DNA of 64,000 bases from an uncultured Candidatus Binatia bacterium (lineage in GTDB: Bacteria; Desulfobacterota; Binatia; Bin18): positions 2,624,001-2,688,000 of the forward strand of contig OZ241744.1 in the NCBI GenBank assembly GCA_965200965.1, read 5' to 3'. Under the pieces are notes generated by a model that saw only the letters and a program-made list of their open reading frames with translations, was not told the origin of the DNA and did no database searches. Below, in pieces: positions 8,734 through 16,865 of this stretch (positions are counted from its first letter, which is position 1; every line of letters starts with the position of its first letter). Both the position numbers and the translations under genes were made by a program.

Positions 8734-9605
8734 GGCATCTTCTTCCCTAAGTCGGTGCGGTCTGGCGGGCGGACATGCGGTGGCAGAATCACCAACTCCT
8801 GCGCGCGTTTCTTGTGCTGAAGGCTGTACCGAAGCGCAACATGTGAGAAGTCACAGGTCCGGTACAGGGCACGAATGAACGGGGCATCATCGTAGGACAT
8901 GATCCATTTCAGGCTGACCCGTCGCAGCATGGAGCGCGCAAGCTTTTGATGGTCGTCCCGGTTGGTATAGGAGTTCCGGTACAGGCGATTGCCGCCATTG
9001 GCGTAGTAGGGCGGGTCCAGATAGGCGAAGACCCGCCGGCGCGCCCGGCCACGCGGGAGAGCGTTGACCAGAAATGTGCGGGCGTCCTCGTTCGTGATAT
9101 GAATATGGTCACGTTGCAAGGCGATGGCTCGCACGCGCGCCGCAAGCGTCTCCCGATAAAACCGCGCGTCAAGCCGCCATTTCCCCGCTTGCGCATAGCC
9201 GCCAATCGGAGCGGAGCCGAAGAGGATGCCAGAGCGATTGCAGCGGTTCAGGTAGAACACAGAGAAGCCCACGGCAAAGGGCGTCCTGGCGTCGGCGCGT
9301 GTGCAGATATCCTGTTGCTTCCGCCACTCCGCCATGCTGAGTGGAACAGACAGGATCGCCTCGACGAAGCGTTCCGGCTCACCAAGAACCGCCTGCCAGA
9401 ACGCCGTGATACGCGGGTCTGCGTCGTTCAGACGCAGTCCAGAGACAATCCCCTCCCCCAACAGGCGGAGCGCGGCCCCTGCGCCCCCGGCAAACGGCTC
9501 ATAGTAAACGCAGCCGGACAGGTCGTTTGCCGCAATGACCTGCGCGAGGAACGGAGCCAGCGCGGCTTTGCCGCCTGGGTATCTGAGCGGGCTGGTGAGC
9601 GTCAT
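8730..9605 (-). CDS. DNA adenine methyltransferase (D12 class, Dam-like)
   Basis: SPLRYPGGK, EPFAGG, FYLNR, YLDPPYY, MSYDD. Confidence 0.9.
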   Translation of the reverse strand: MTLTSPLRYPGGKAALAPFLAQVIAANDLSGCVYYEPFAGGAGAALRLLGEGIVSGLRLNDADPRITAFWQAVLGEPERFVEAILSVPLSMAEWRKQQDICTRADARTPFAVGFSVFYLNRCNRSGILFGSAPIGGYAQAGKWRLDARFYRETLAARVRAIALQRDHIHITNEDARTFLVNALPRGRARRRVFAYLDPPYYANGGNRLYRNSYTNRDDHQKLARSMLRRVSLKWIMSYDDAPFIRALYRTCDFSHVALRYSLQHKKRAQELVILPPHVRPPDRTDLGKKMP

Positions 9606-9676
9606 GCTCCTCCTGTCTTCCTGCGCTGTCCATCACAGTCAGCAGAAAAAAGAACGCCCTCCGTGCAACGGCCCGG

Positions 9677-9706
9677 AGGGCGGATGAGCGAAGCGTCATC
9701 CGCCCT
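9677..9706. repeat. REP-like perfect palindrome
   Basis: agggcggatga-gcgaagcg-tcatccgccct (11-bp stem), intergenic. Confidence 0.6.
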
Positions 9707-9712
9707 GCTCCC

Positions 9713-9862
9713 TTACTTCTTTCTGCTGCTTGTCATCTTCGGCGGCTTAGGAGGCGGTTTTTCGGGGGACAGCTTGCTCTTCGTCGGTTGATATCCTTCC
9801 CTAAAGTGTCGCCTGGGTTGAGGGGTGTTTTGTCTCTGGTCGGGTTTGTCATGCTTACTCAT
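9713..9862 (-). CDS. Small Lys/Pro-rich peptide (49 aa, EGYQP motif)
   Basis: MSKHDKPDQRQNTPQPRRHFREGYQPTKSKLSPEKPPPKPPKMTSSRKK; aggagg RBS; start overlaps the end of the upstream gene. Below the ORF-track size cutoff. Confidence 0.55.
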   Translation of the reverse strand: MSKHDKPDQRQNTPQPRRHFREGYQPTKSKLSPEKPPPKPPKMTSSRKK

Positions 9863-10466
9863 GTGTTTCCTCCTGAGGGGTATAGGCCCAAAACTCTATC
9901 GTGCTGATCTCTCCAGCGGCGATGAGTACGCCTCTCTCATTGGTCGAAGACCAAGTACCAGTATCGTCAATATCATAGACCCACTGAATATACATATCGC
10001 GCTCGCCAGGAGTGGAAGAGGTGAAAGATTGCGAACCGTAGAATCCGGCGAGACAAGTCCCATCTCTGAGTGTCACACGAACCCATTGTTCTTCCCTACC
10101 GCCGAACTTCCAGTCCCAGGCGGTCGGTGTGGCATGAACAGGGTACAGACCGAACCAATTGAGGAGGCGGCGAACAAGGCCTTTCTGGATGGTGATCCCG
10201 AGGAACAGGCCGAAAACGACAGGGCCGACGAAGACCAGGCCGAACCAAGCCCACATTGATTGCTGTAGCAGTGCGGGATCAACAAAAGGGAGAACCAGAG
10301 CACCATAGACGACAGAAACAGTCAGGTAGGAAAGAAGCGCGGCGGTGTTGCTGTCGGACGGCCTTCTTGTGGTGATGAACTGCGACCTGACAAACAGGGC
10401 AATAAAGCCAGGGACGATGCAGGGCAGAATAAGGTAGAGACTATTGAGGGATAGCAATTTAGGCAC
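9855..10466 (-). CDS. DUF6338-like membrane protein
   Basis: VPGFI, three hydrophobic helices, PTAWDWKF, WVRVTLRDG...G.YG..SF.S...RDMYI. Confidence 0.65.
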   Translation of the reverse strand: MPKLLSLNSLYLILPCIVPGFIALFVRSQFITTRRPSDSNTAALLSYLTVSVVYGALVLPFVDPALLQQSMWAWFGLVFVGPVVFGLFLGITIQKGLVRRLLNWFGLYPVHATPTAWDWKFGGREEQWVRVTLRDGTCLAGFYGSQSFTSSTPGERDMYIQWVYDIDDTGTWSSTNERGVLIAAGEISTIEFWAYTPQEETHE

Positions 10467-10489
10467 GGGTCAATATCCCTTCCAGTCCT

Positions 10490-10522
10490 GTAGGTCGGCG
10501 TAGCCGCCGGGCGTAAGCCGAC
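10490..10522 (+). repeat. GTAG-type REP palindrome
   Basis: GTAG-gtcggcgta-gccgccgggcg-taagccgac; direct repeat of the copy at 6634. Confidence 0.7.
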
Positions 10523-10552
10523 ACAATGAAAAGACTCCCAGCCTGCTGATAG

Positions 10553-10825
10553 CTACCGGAGATGCACGGCATGAGAGAAATATCCCAGGTCTACCGGCTG
10601 GGTGGTGATTGTCTGGACCGAGAAAAGCCCGTCCTTGTAGAAAGTTCTGCCGGTCAGGACCGCATCCCGGGCGGTGGTGTAGATGCCGATGACCTCTTCA
10701 TGGCGCATGAGGGCGTGCCGATTCTCATATTTTCTCAAGCTCGGCAGGAGGCGTTTGAAGGCGTGATAGTTCTTTTCGATTTCCTCCAGCCGAGCGGCGT
10801 TGTCCGGGACTTCTTTGTTGCCCAT
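10553..10825 (-). CDS. Small hypothetical protein (DUF5678-like)
   Basis: NYHAF..LLPSL....HALM...EVIGIY.T..DA...G......FSVQ.I...PVDLG.FSHA; aggaggg RBS. Confidence 0.6.
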   Translation of the reverse strand: MGNKEVPDNAARLEEIEKNYHAFKRLLPSLRKYENRHALMRHEEVIGIYTTARDAVLTGRTFYKDGLFSVQTITTQPVDLGYFSHAVHLR

Positions 10826-10893
10826 TGTGTCCCTCCTGTTCATTCTGTTCGTCTCTCCTCAAAAAATACCCCAATCCGATCGCCGGCGTCAAT

Positions 10894-11475
10894 TCAGAGG
10901 CGGATGTCGGCGTCGGGGTGGCCGGCGGCCAGGGCGTTGAGCCAGGCGAGGCACAGCTCGCGCGAGCGATAGCGGCCCCAGGTGGCGGTTTCCTGGCGTT
11001 CGACGATGGGGAAGGTGGCGTAGATGTAGCGCACATCGTTGCGGTCGGTGAGGCCGTAGAGGTGGAAGAAGACGGCGTCGAGCTTGGCCCGCAGGTGCAG
11101 CCGGCGGTCTTCGTCCCACACGAACGGCGGCTTGACCCGCCCGGCGGCATCGACATGGCCGAGGTCGCGGGCAAACGGGGCCATGTCGTGGGCGGTGTAG
11201 GTCAGCTCCAGCACAGCTTCCCGCACAATCTCGCCGGCCGTCTTGGTACCGAAACGAACGGTGCCGTAGGTTGCGGGTGGCATGACGGGGAGCTGTTCAA
11301 CGATGTAGTAATTTAAACTGGTGCTATGAATTTTCTGACGGGTGATGAAGTCGAAGATCGTCGAGTTGAAGTTTGCTATCAGCAGCCATTCCGTGCGTTC
11401 GGAAGTTTCCGGGTCCGCTATGAGGAGCGGGGCTTTGTTCCCCAAACCGACAAAAGGGACTGCGGCAGCGATCAT
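10894..11475 (-). CDS. C-terminal part of the type IIG-like R-M enzyme (in frame with the upstream ORF)
   Basis: NFNSTIFDF..RQK, LNYYIVEQLPV, LRAKLDA.FFHLYG; separated from 11479-14874 by one TGA. Confidence 0.75.
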   Translation of the reverse strand: MIAAAVPFVGLGNKAPLLIADPETSERTEWLLIANFNSTIFDFITRQKIHSTSLNYYIVEQLPVMPPATYGTVRFGTKTAGEIVREAVLELTYTAHDMAPFARDLGHVDAAGRVKPPFVWDEDRRLHLRAKLDAVFFHLYGLTDRNDVRYIYATFPIVERQETATWGRYRSRELCLAWLNALAAGHPDADIRL

Positions 11476-11478
11476 TGT

Positions 11479-14400
11479 TCAAGCGTCGCTGGCGCGGGCG
11501 ATATCCCTAAATGTGACTGTCCATCCCGATCGGTCCGGCAACTTCACTTTGTCGGCGAGAACCCAATACTGTGGTATAGGCATGAAATTCGGGTCAGCCT
11601 TCTTATCCGGTGCAATCCCCCCGCTCAGGGCCGGATTGTGAAGGTTTTGCTCGTTTACTTTGACCGACGCGGCTCGGTGGTCAAACTGATGAATCATCCG
11701 ACCGACATACAGCGGCACCCACTCCCCCGACGGGCTACGAAAGCGGTTGCCGCCGACCGGATACGCGCCTTCTTGCTCCTCCAGTTCTTCGAGCGTGCGG
11801 AACAGGTGGGAGTCGTTGGTCATGTCAAACATGCGGGTGTATTTTACCGGCCACGCCTTGAGCTCCCGGCCCGCTGAACGGTCTACCAGGACGGGCAGAC
11901 GGCGGTAGATGGCCGTGGTCAGTTCGGCGTCCCGGCGGGTGCGGAAGATGGGCGCTGTGCCGGTGTTGGGGTTGACGCTGGCGAAGTCCTCCGAAGCCAG
12001 CGGAAAGCGACGGGAGGCGTCGTTCAGTTCTGACACGTCCTGGAGGAAGAACGCGCACTGGGCCGGAGCGTCGGACGGCGAGCGTCCGGTGACAAAGGCG
12101 CAGAACTTGAACCGCGAGTCCACATCCGGGAAGAAGGGCGGCGCGGTGTAGCGCGTGCGGCGGTTCTCAAAATCGTACAGCGTACGCAGCCGGCCTTCGG
12201 TTGCGACTGAACGGAAGAAGGGGGCCGCGGTCTTGTCTGAGGCAATACCGGACGGGACGAGCAGGCCGACGAGGCCGTGTGGCTTGACCAGGGCCAGGGC
12301 GCGTTCGACAAACAGCGCGTACAGGTTCACATCGCCCCTGGACAGCAGGGGGTAGTCGCCGCCGGTCCGGGCCATGCGGGCGGTAGACTCGGCCCGGGCG
12401 TTGGCCCGCTCAAACGCGCCGGCCAGGGGGTCGCCGTCGTCCTGCAAGGCGGCGATCATGCGCTTGCGGTCGTCGGCGCGCTGGGCGTGGGCAATGGCCG
12501 GCCGGCGGGCCGCAAACCATTCGACCTGCTGGAGCTTGATGCGGTCCCAGGGCGGGTTGCCGATCACGGCGTCAAAGCCGCCCTGGCGTTCGGGCCGCTG
12601 CCAGTCTGACCACACCCCGGGAAAGGCGACCTGCCAGTGCAGAAATCCCTCTTCGGCGATGAGGTCCCGCGCGCGTGCCAGGAGGGCGGCAAAGCTGGCG
12701 CTGGCTGGGTGATCGTCCCGCGGCTCGGTGGCTTCAAGGGCGATCTGGATCGGGTCGCCAAGCCGGCCCTCAGTAAAGGCCCGGACCGCGGCCCGCTCGT
12801 CCTTGGCCTTCAGGTTCAGCCAGTCCAGGGCGTGGCTCAGGGACAGAAAGGATGCGAGCGGGGCGGTGCTGGCCTGCATGTCGTCGAAGATGTGGGCGGA
12901 GCGGTGGGCCTCGGCAATCTCGGCGTCGGTCAGGGCCTCAATCTCCTGCATCTGGGCGGCGGCCTGGGTGGCCTCGTGAAGTTTGGGGGTCAGGTACAGG
13001 GCACTCTCGCCGGTCATCACCCGGTCAATGCCCTGGGCCACCCAGCAGCCGAACAGGCTGTTGCCGCAGCGCAGATGATGGTCCAGGAAGCTGAGCGGTG
13101 CGCCGACGGTAAAGGTGTGCAGCCACAGCGACACCTTGGCCAACTCGACCGCCATCGGGTTTTTGTCTACCCCGTAGACGCAACGCTTGAGCACCATGCG
13201 GCGGACAATATGGCGGTCGTCCAGTTGCTCAGGGTCAATGCTCCAGCCGTGTTCCTCGGCGTTGGCGGTGATGCGCTGGCGAATGGCCTCAATGCGGTCG
13301 CCGAGCCGGCCCTCTTCAGACGGATCGTCCTCCTCGTCGGCCATGGCCGCAATCACCCGGTCGGCCAGATAGTCCACGAGGCTGACCAGAAAATGCCCGG
13401 AGCCCATCGCCGGGTCACATACCTTGAGCTCCAACAACTGCTCTGCGCTGCGGCCCCTGACCAGCGGCTCAAGCGTCTGGGTCAGGATCAGGTTGACGAG
13501 CGTATCCGGGGTGTAATAGCTGCCCGAGCCTTTGCGGGCGAACACATTGGGCCGGACGAGAATCTGCCCGCCGTCGCGCACAATCTCGTGCTCAAGCAGC
13601 CGCTCATAGATCGAGCCGAGCTGCTGCACACTCAGGTCACGGTAGTTGATGTAACGCCGGCCTTTCACCTTCCGGTCGAGGGCACGTTCACTCCTTTCAA
13701 ACGACAGGGTGTCAATCACATCGGCCATAAGCTGATCGCCCAGCCGGATACGGGCCAGCAGCGGCGTGTGCTCCCGGTCGAACAGCCCGCCGTTATAGGC
13801 CGGCAGGCCGATTGAGGCGTCGCCCCGGTCAAGGGCCCGGCACAGGTCGTCAAGGGCTGACCAGTAGCGGGCCGCGCTGGCGGAGAAAGTATCGTCCCGG
13901 TCCTTGCGCCGGCGCACATCTTCGCGCACCCGCTCGCGCAGGCCGTAGTCGTCGTAGCGCGTGTCGCGCACCGGCAGCAGGCTGCGGTCTTCGGCGTACA
14001 GAATGAACAGCAGGCGGTAGAGCAGGGTCAGGGCGGCGTCGCGCACTTCAGACAGGGGCGTGTCTGGCGCGGCGGCGTCGGCAATGGCCCGGGCCAGCTT
14101 GGGAAAAACCTGCTTGAAGACCAGCTCGGACAGGTCGGCGGCCACCCGCTCTTCATAGAACCGTCCCTGGTCAAGCGCGCGCTGGTGCAGGCTGGGCCGG
14201 TCCGCGGTGGCCACAAAAGCGTCCCGCCCGAAGAAGAGGGCAAACAGCTTGAGGCAGTGCCGGTCGGGGCGGAGCGCCGCGGTCAGGTCAAGCTCAAAGA
14301 ACTGCTCGGACACCGACCGCGCGCCGGCATAATACAGCCGCCATTTTGCGCCGTTGGTGAGGATGCCCCAGCGGAGCCGGCCGTCGGTCAGGTCGTCTGC

Positions 14401-14874
14401 CCGCCGCAGATAGCGCAGCATCTGGGTTGACGGCGCGGTCCGCTCGCCGGCCCGGTCCGAGCGGCGGTCGAGGGGCCGTTGCCAGCGCTTGGCCTCCAGC
14501 ACCGCCAAGCCGAATTGATAGCGCTGCCATTCCTGGCCGAAGCCGTTGGCCCGGTCCTTGGCCGCGGCGTCGGCGAACAGCAGGCCGTCGGGCACATCGT
14601 CCCGGCCCTGGGCGCTGAGGTTCTGCTGTCGCAGGCTGGCCGTCCAGCCCAGCCGTTCCAGCACCGGCCAGATCAGATCGTCTTCGGTCTGGCTCTCGTT
14701 GGGGCTCTGGCCGGTCGGAAAGCGCTCAACGACCGCCTGCAACTCGCCGGCCAGGGCGTCGAGCCGGGCGTCCTCAAACGCCTGCCAGTCATCGAGCCGG
14801 GCCACCGACCCGGTGAGAAAATCCCAGGCGAACAGGCTCCCCCGAACAATGCCTTCAATACTCATCCGCCTCAA
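11479..14874 (-). CDS. Type IIG/Eco57I-like fused restriction-modification enzyme, interrupted by an in-frame stop
   Basis: N-terminal PD...EAK nuclease with WGILTNG, then YNGGLF, LGSIYE, GSYYTP, DPAMGSGHFL, GNPPW. Confidence 0.88.
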   Translation of the reverse strand: MRRMSIEGIVRGSLFAWDFLTGSVARLDDWQAFEDARLDALAGELQAVVERFPTGQSPNESQTEDDLIWPVLERLGWTASLRQQNLSAQGRDDVPDGLLFADAAAKDRANGFGQEWQRYQFGLAVLEAKRWQRPLDRRSDRAGERTAPSTQMLRYLRRADDLTDGRLRWGILTNGAKWRLYYAGARSVSEQFFELDLTAALRPDRHCLKLFALFFGRDAFVATADRPSLHQRALDQGRFYEERVAADLSELVFKQVFPKLARAIADAAAPDTPLSEVRDAALTLLYRLLFILYAEDRSLLPVRDTRYDDYGLRERVREDVRRRKDRDDTFSASAARYWSALDDLCRALDRGDASIGLPAYNGGLFDREHTPLLARIRLGDQLMADVIDTLSFERSERALDRKVKGRRYINYRDLSVQQLGSIYERLLEHEIVRDGGQILVRPNVFARKGSGSYYTPDTLVNLILTQTLEPLVRGRSAEQLLELKVCDPAMGSGHFLVSLVDYLADRVIAAMADEEDDPSEEGRLGDRIEAIRQRITANAEEHGWSIDPEQLDDRHIVRRMVLKRCVYGVDKNPMAVELAKVSLWLHTFTVGAPLSFLDHHLRCGNSLFGCWVAQGIDRVMTGESALYLTPKLHEATQAAAQMQEIEALTDAEIAEAHRSAHIFDDMQASTAPLASFLSLSHALDWLNLKAKDERAAVRAFTEGRLGDPIQIALEATEPRDDHPASASFAALLARARDLIAEEGFLHWQVAFPGVWSDWQRPERQGGFDAVIGNPPWDRIKLQQVEWFAARRPAIAHAQRADDRKRMIAALQDDGDPLAGAFERANARAESTARMARTGGDYPLLSRGDVNLYALFVERALALVKPHGLVGLLVPSGIASDKTAAPFFRSVATEGRLRTLYDFENRRTRYTAPPFFPDVDSRFKFCAFVTGRSPSDAPAQCAFFLQDVSELNDASRRFPLASEDFASVNPNTGTAPIFRTRRDAELTTAIYRRLPVLVDRSAGRELKAWPVKYTRMFDMTNDSHLFRTLEELEEQEGAYPVGGNRFRSPSGEWVPLYVGRMIHQFDHRAASVKVNEQNLHNPALSGGIAPDKKADPNFMPIPQYWVLADKVKLPDRSGWTVTFRDIARASDA
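13665..13696 (-). repeat. Truncated copy of the palindromic element, in frame in the R-M gene (RSERALDRKVK)
   Basis: aaggagtgaac-GTGCC-ctcgaccggaaggt-GA; the left arm matches the ileS-lspA copy. Confidence 0.55.
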
Positions 14875-16061
14875 GATACCGCCAGGCAGGTTTTTGCCTT
14901 GGGAAAACTCTTGACCGCTTCAAAGAAGGCCGTGTCTGTGATCTCTGTGGCCCACTCAAGCCGGAGACGAATGCGGTATTTTCCTGTCTCGCTTTTCTCG
15001 GCAGCAACAGCGCGCAGGCTAAGGAGCTGATTCACATCCCGGATGAGGGCTTTAGCAGGACTCTTGAGCTGAAAATAGTAACGGTCAACCGCATTGATCA
15101 GTTGGTCAAGCTCTAAGGAATCTCGCTCCAACAGCACTTCAAGAATTTTGAGTTGCCTCTTCGCCAGGACTCGTTTTCTGTCGCTTTCCAGGTGCTTGAA
15201 GAGATCGTGCATGACATTCCGGTACAGGGCTTTGGAGACATTGCGCCTGATTTCCCTGAAAAGTCGCTGGCATTGCCGGGCGATCCCTCTCAGGCCAAAG
15301 CGCAGGAAGGGGGTCAGATCGTGTGCCCTTTCTCTGGCCTCTTTGAGAGTTGCAAGATAGGTGTCTTTCTCGTCGTAGTAATAGTTTGACATGGCTATAA
15401 AAAGCTTGTCACGCCGGCCGGCCCGCTGAAGCATCAACGCCTCAACTGCCCGTGCTGTCCGACCATTTCCGTCAAGGAACGGATGCAGAGCGGCAAAGTG
15501 GTAATGCAGAGCGAGCGCCTGGATAAGAAGATCATACTCTGGAAATTCTTTCTCCACGGCTTTCATAAGACTCGCAAACACTCGCTCACACTCTGCACCT
15601 CCTTCTACTCCCCTATGCCGGAGTCGGCCAAACGTCACATTCTGGTCTTTTCCCCGGAGCACCCCTGGCGGGCAGTGATCATCATCCGCTCCAGTGACGA
15701 TCCGCTCGTGGATAGCCCGGATCAGATTGACGCTGATCGGCCTGTCGTCCGGGAGTGAGGCGATCCACTTATACGTCTTGACCGCAGCATGGGCCTGTCG
15801 CTGAGACCGGGTAAGTAATTGCTCTGGAGTTTCCTGCAATGCCTCTTCCAACTCATCTTCGGTAAAATCGGCCCCCTCAATACGCGAAGTCCCCGCAACT
15901 TCCCGCTTGAGTTGAATCGCCTGAAGTTCCTCCACCCAGCCGCGTTGGAGCGGCATTGTTCGCAGAGAAAGAACGCTGGCCTTGGCGTCTGTCAGAACAT
16001 CTACCAGCGCGCCGGCGTCGTAACACAGCCAGCGCGTCGGCCGCGTGTACAGAATAGCCAT
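14871..16061 (-). CDS. Fic family protein
   Basis: TSRIEG, HPFLDGNGRTAR Fic motif. Confidence 0.9.
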   Translation of the reverse strand: MAILYTRPTRWLCYDAGALVDVLTDAKASVLSLRTMPLQRGWVEELQAIQLKREVAGTSRIEGADFTEDELEEALQETPEQLLTRSQRQAHAAVKTYKWIASLPDDRPISVNLIRAIHERIVTGADDDHCPPGVLRGKDQNVTFGRLRHRGVEGGAECERVFASLMKAVEKEFPEYDLLIQALALHYHFAALHPFLDGNGRTARAVEALMLQRAGRRDKLFIAMSNYYYDEKDTYLATLKEARERAHDLTPFLRFGLRGIARQCQRLFREIRRNVSKALYRNVMHDLFKHLESDRKRVLAKRQLKILEVLLERDSLELDQLINAVDRYYFQLKSPAKALIRDVNQLLSLRAVAAEKSETGKYRIRLRLEWATEITDTAFFEAVKSFPKAKTCLAVS

Positions 16062-16319
16062 TGATTTTCCTTTATTTCTGTCCTGTTTCCTGGCAAAGCA
16101 ATAGAATATACCAGAAAATAAATACTTTCCAGCATTATAGTCTGAGCACGAGTATTTTTTATTTTAGCTCATTTCCTTGATATTTCTCCTTTATTGACAC
16201 TGTGTTCTTGGCGATCACCCTTCATTACGGCCCCGCCATCTCCCCCCTTCCTGGCATCTTGTCATGGTCACTGAGGCACAGGTTGATTCGGCCCCCTGTC
16301 CGGCTGCAAGGGAGCGGTC

Positions 16320-16551
16320 ATGCTGAGGGCAGAGAAGCGCTTGTTTCCGCTGGCTGGGAGACCGCGTTATCCACGCCCAGTATGAGCACTGGGGGCTGGG
16401 CGCGGTTGTCGAAGAGATGACCTCAAGCCTTGCCGGCGGCACCTGTCTGGTGCGCGTCCTGTTTGAAGACGGCCAGCAGCGGACCTTTAGTAACGACCTG
16501 GATAGTGAGCAGTGCTGCTACTGCTTTGGCCTGCGGCGCGAGCATCTTTGA
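16320..16551 (+). pseudogene. Small SH3/Tudor-like protein (DUF3553-like) with an apparent +1 frameshift
   Basis: RBS+ATG gives MLRAEKRLF; the next frame gives GDRVIHAQYEHWGLGAVVEEMTSSLAGGTCLVRVLFEDGQQRTFSNDLDSEQCCYCFGLRREHL*. Confidence 0.55.
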
Positions 16552-16572
16552 CGCTGCCCGCCCGGCTCGCGC

Positions 16573-16782
16573 TCAGGACTTGGACGGCTGCGATTCCTGC
16601 GCGTCTAAAGGCTCGCCCTTGGGGCCGGTGGGCCGGATAGTGCACTGCTCCAGCGTCTGGAGGGTATGCGGATTCACCCACGGCAGGCCCATAGCGCAGG
16701 GCTTGGCCATACCCTCTTCTTCGACTTCCTCATAGTGCGGGAAGCCGGCCTTGGCAAAATTGATCATCAGACGTTTTCCCAT
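16573..16782 (-). CDS. Small hypothetical protein (69 aa)
   Basis: aagga RBS; MGKRLMINFAKAGFPHYEEVEEEGMAKPCAMGLPWVNPHTL; lies divergent from ileS. Confidence 0.5.
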   Translation of the reverse strand: MGKRLMINFAKAGFPHYEEVEEEGMAKPCAMGLPWVNPHTLQTLEQCTIRPTGPKGEPLDAQESQPSKS

Positions 16783-16865
16783 GCCGCGTGTCCTTTGTGT
16801 GTTTGCCCGCCGTCCGTCCAGTCTATACAATACGGTCAGTCTGGCGAGACAAGGACAACACCACG

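Noticed and set aside
11479-11481. TGA as a selenocysteine codon
   Set aside because: The position appears to correspond to Arg rather than Cys, and no convincing SECIS hairpin follows.
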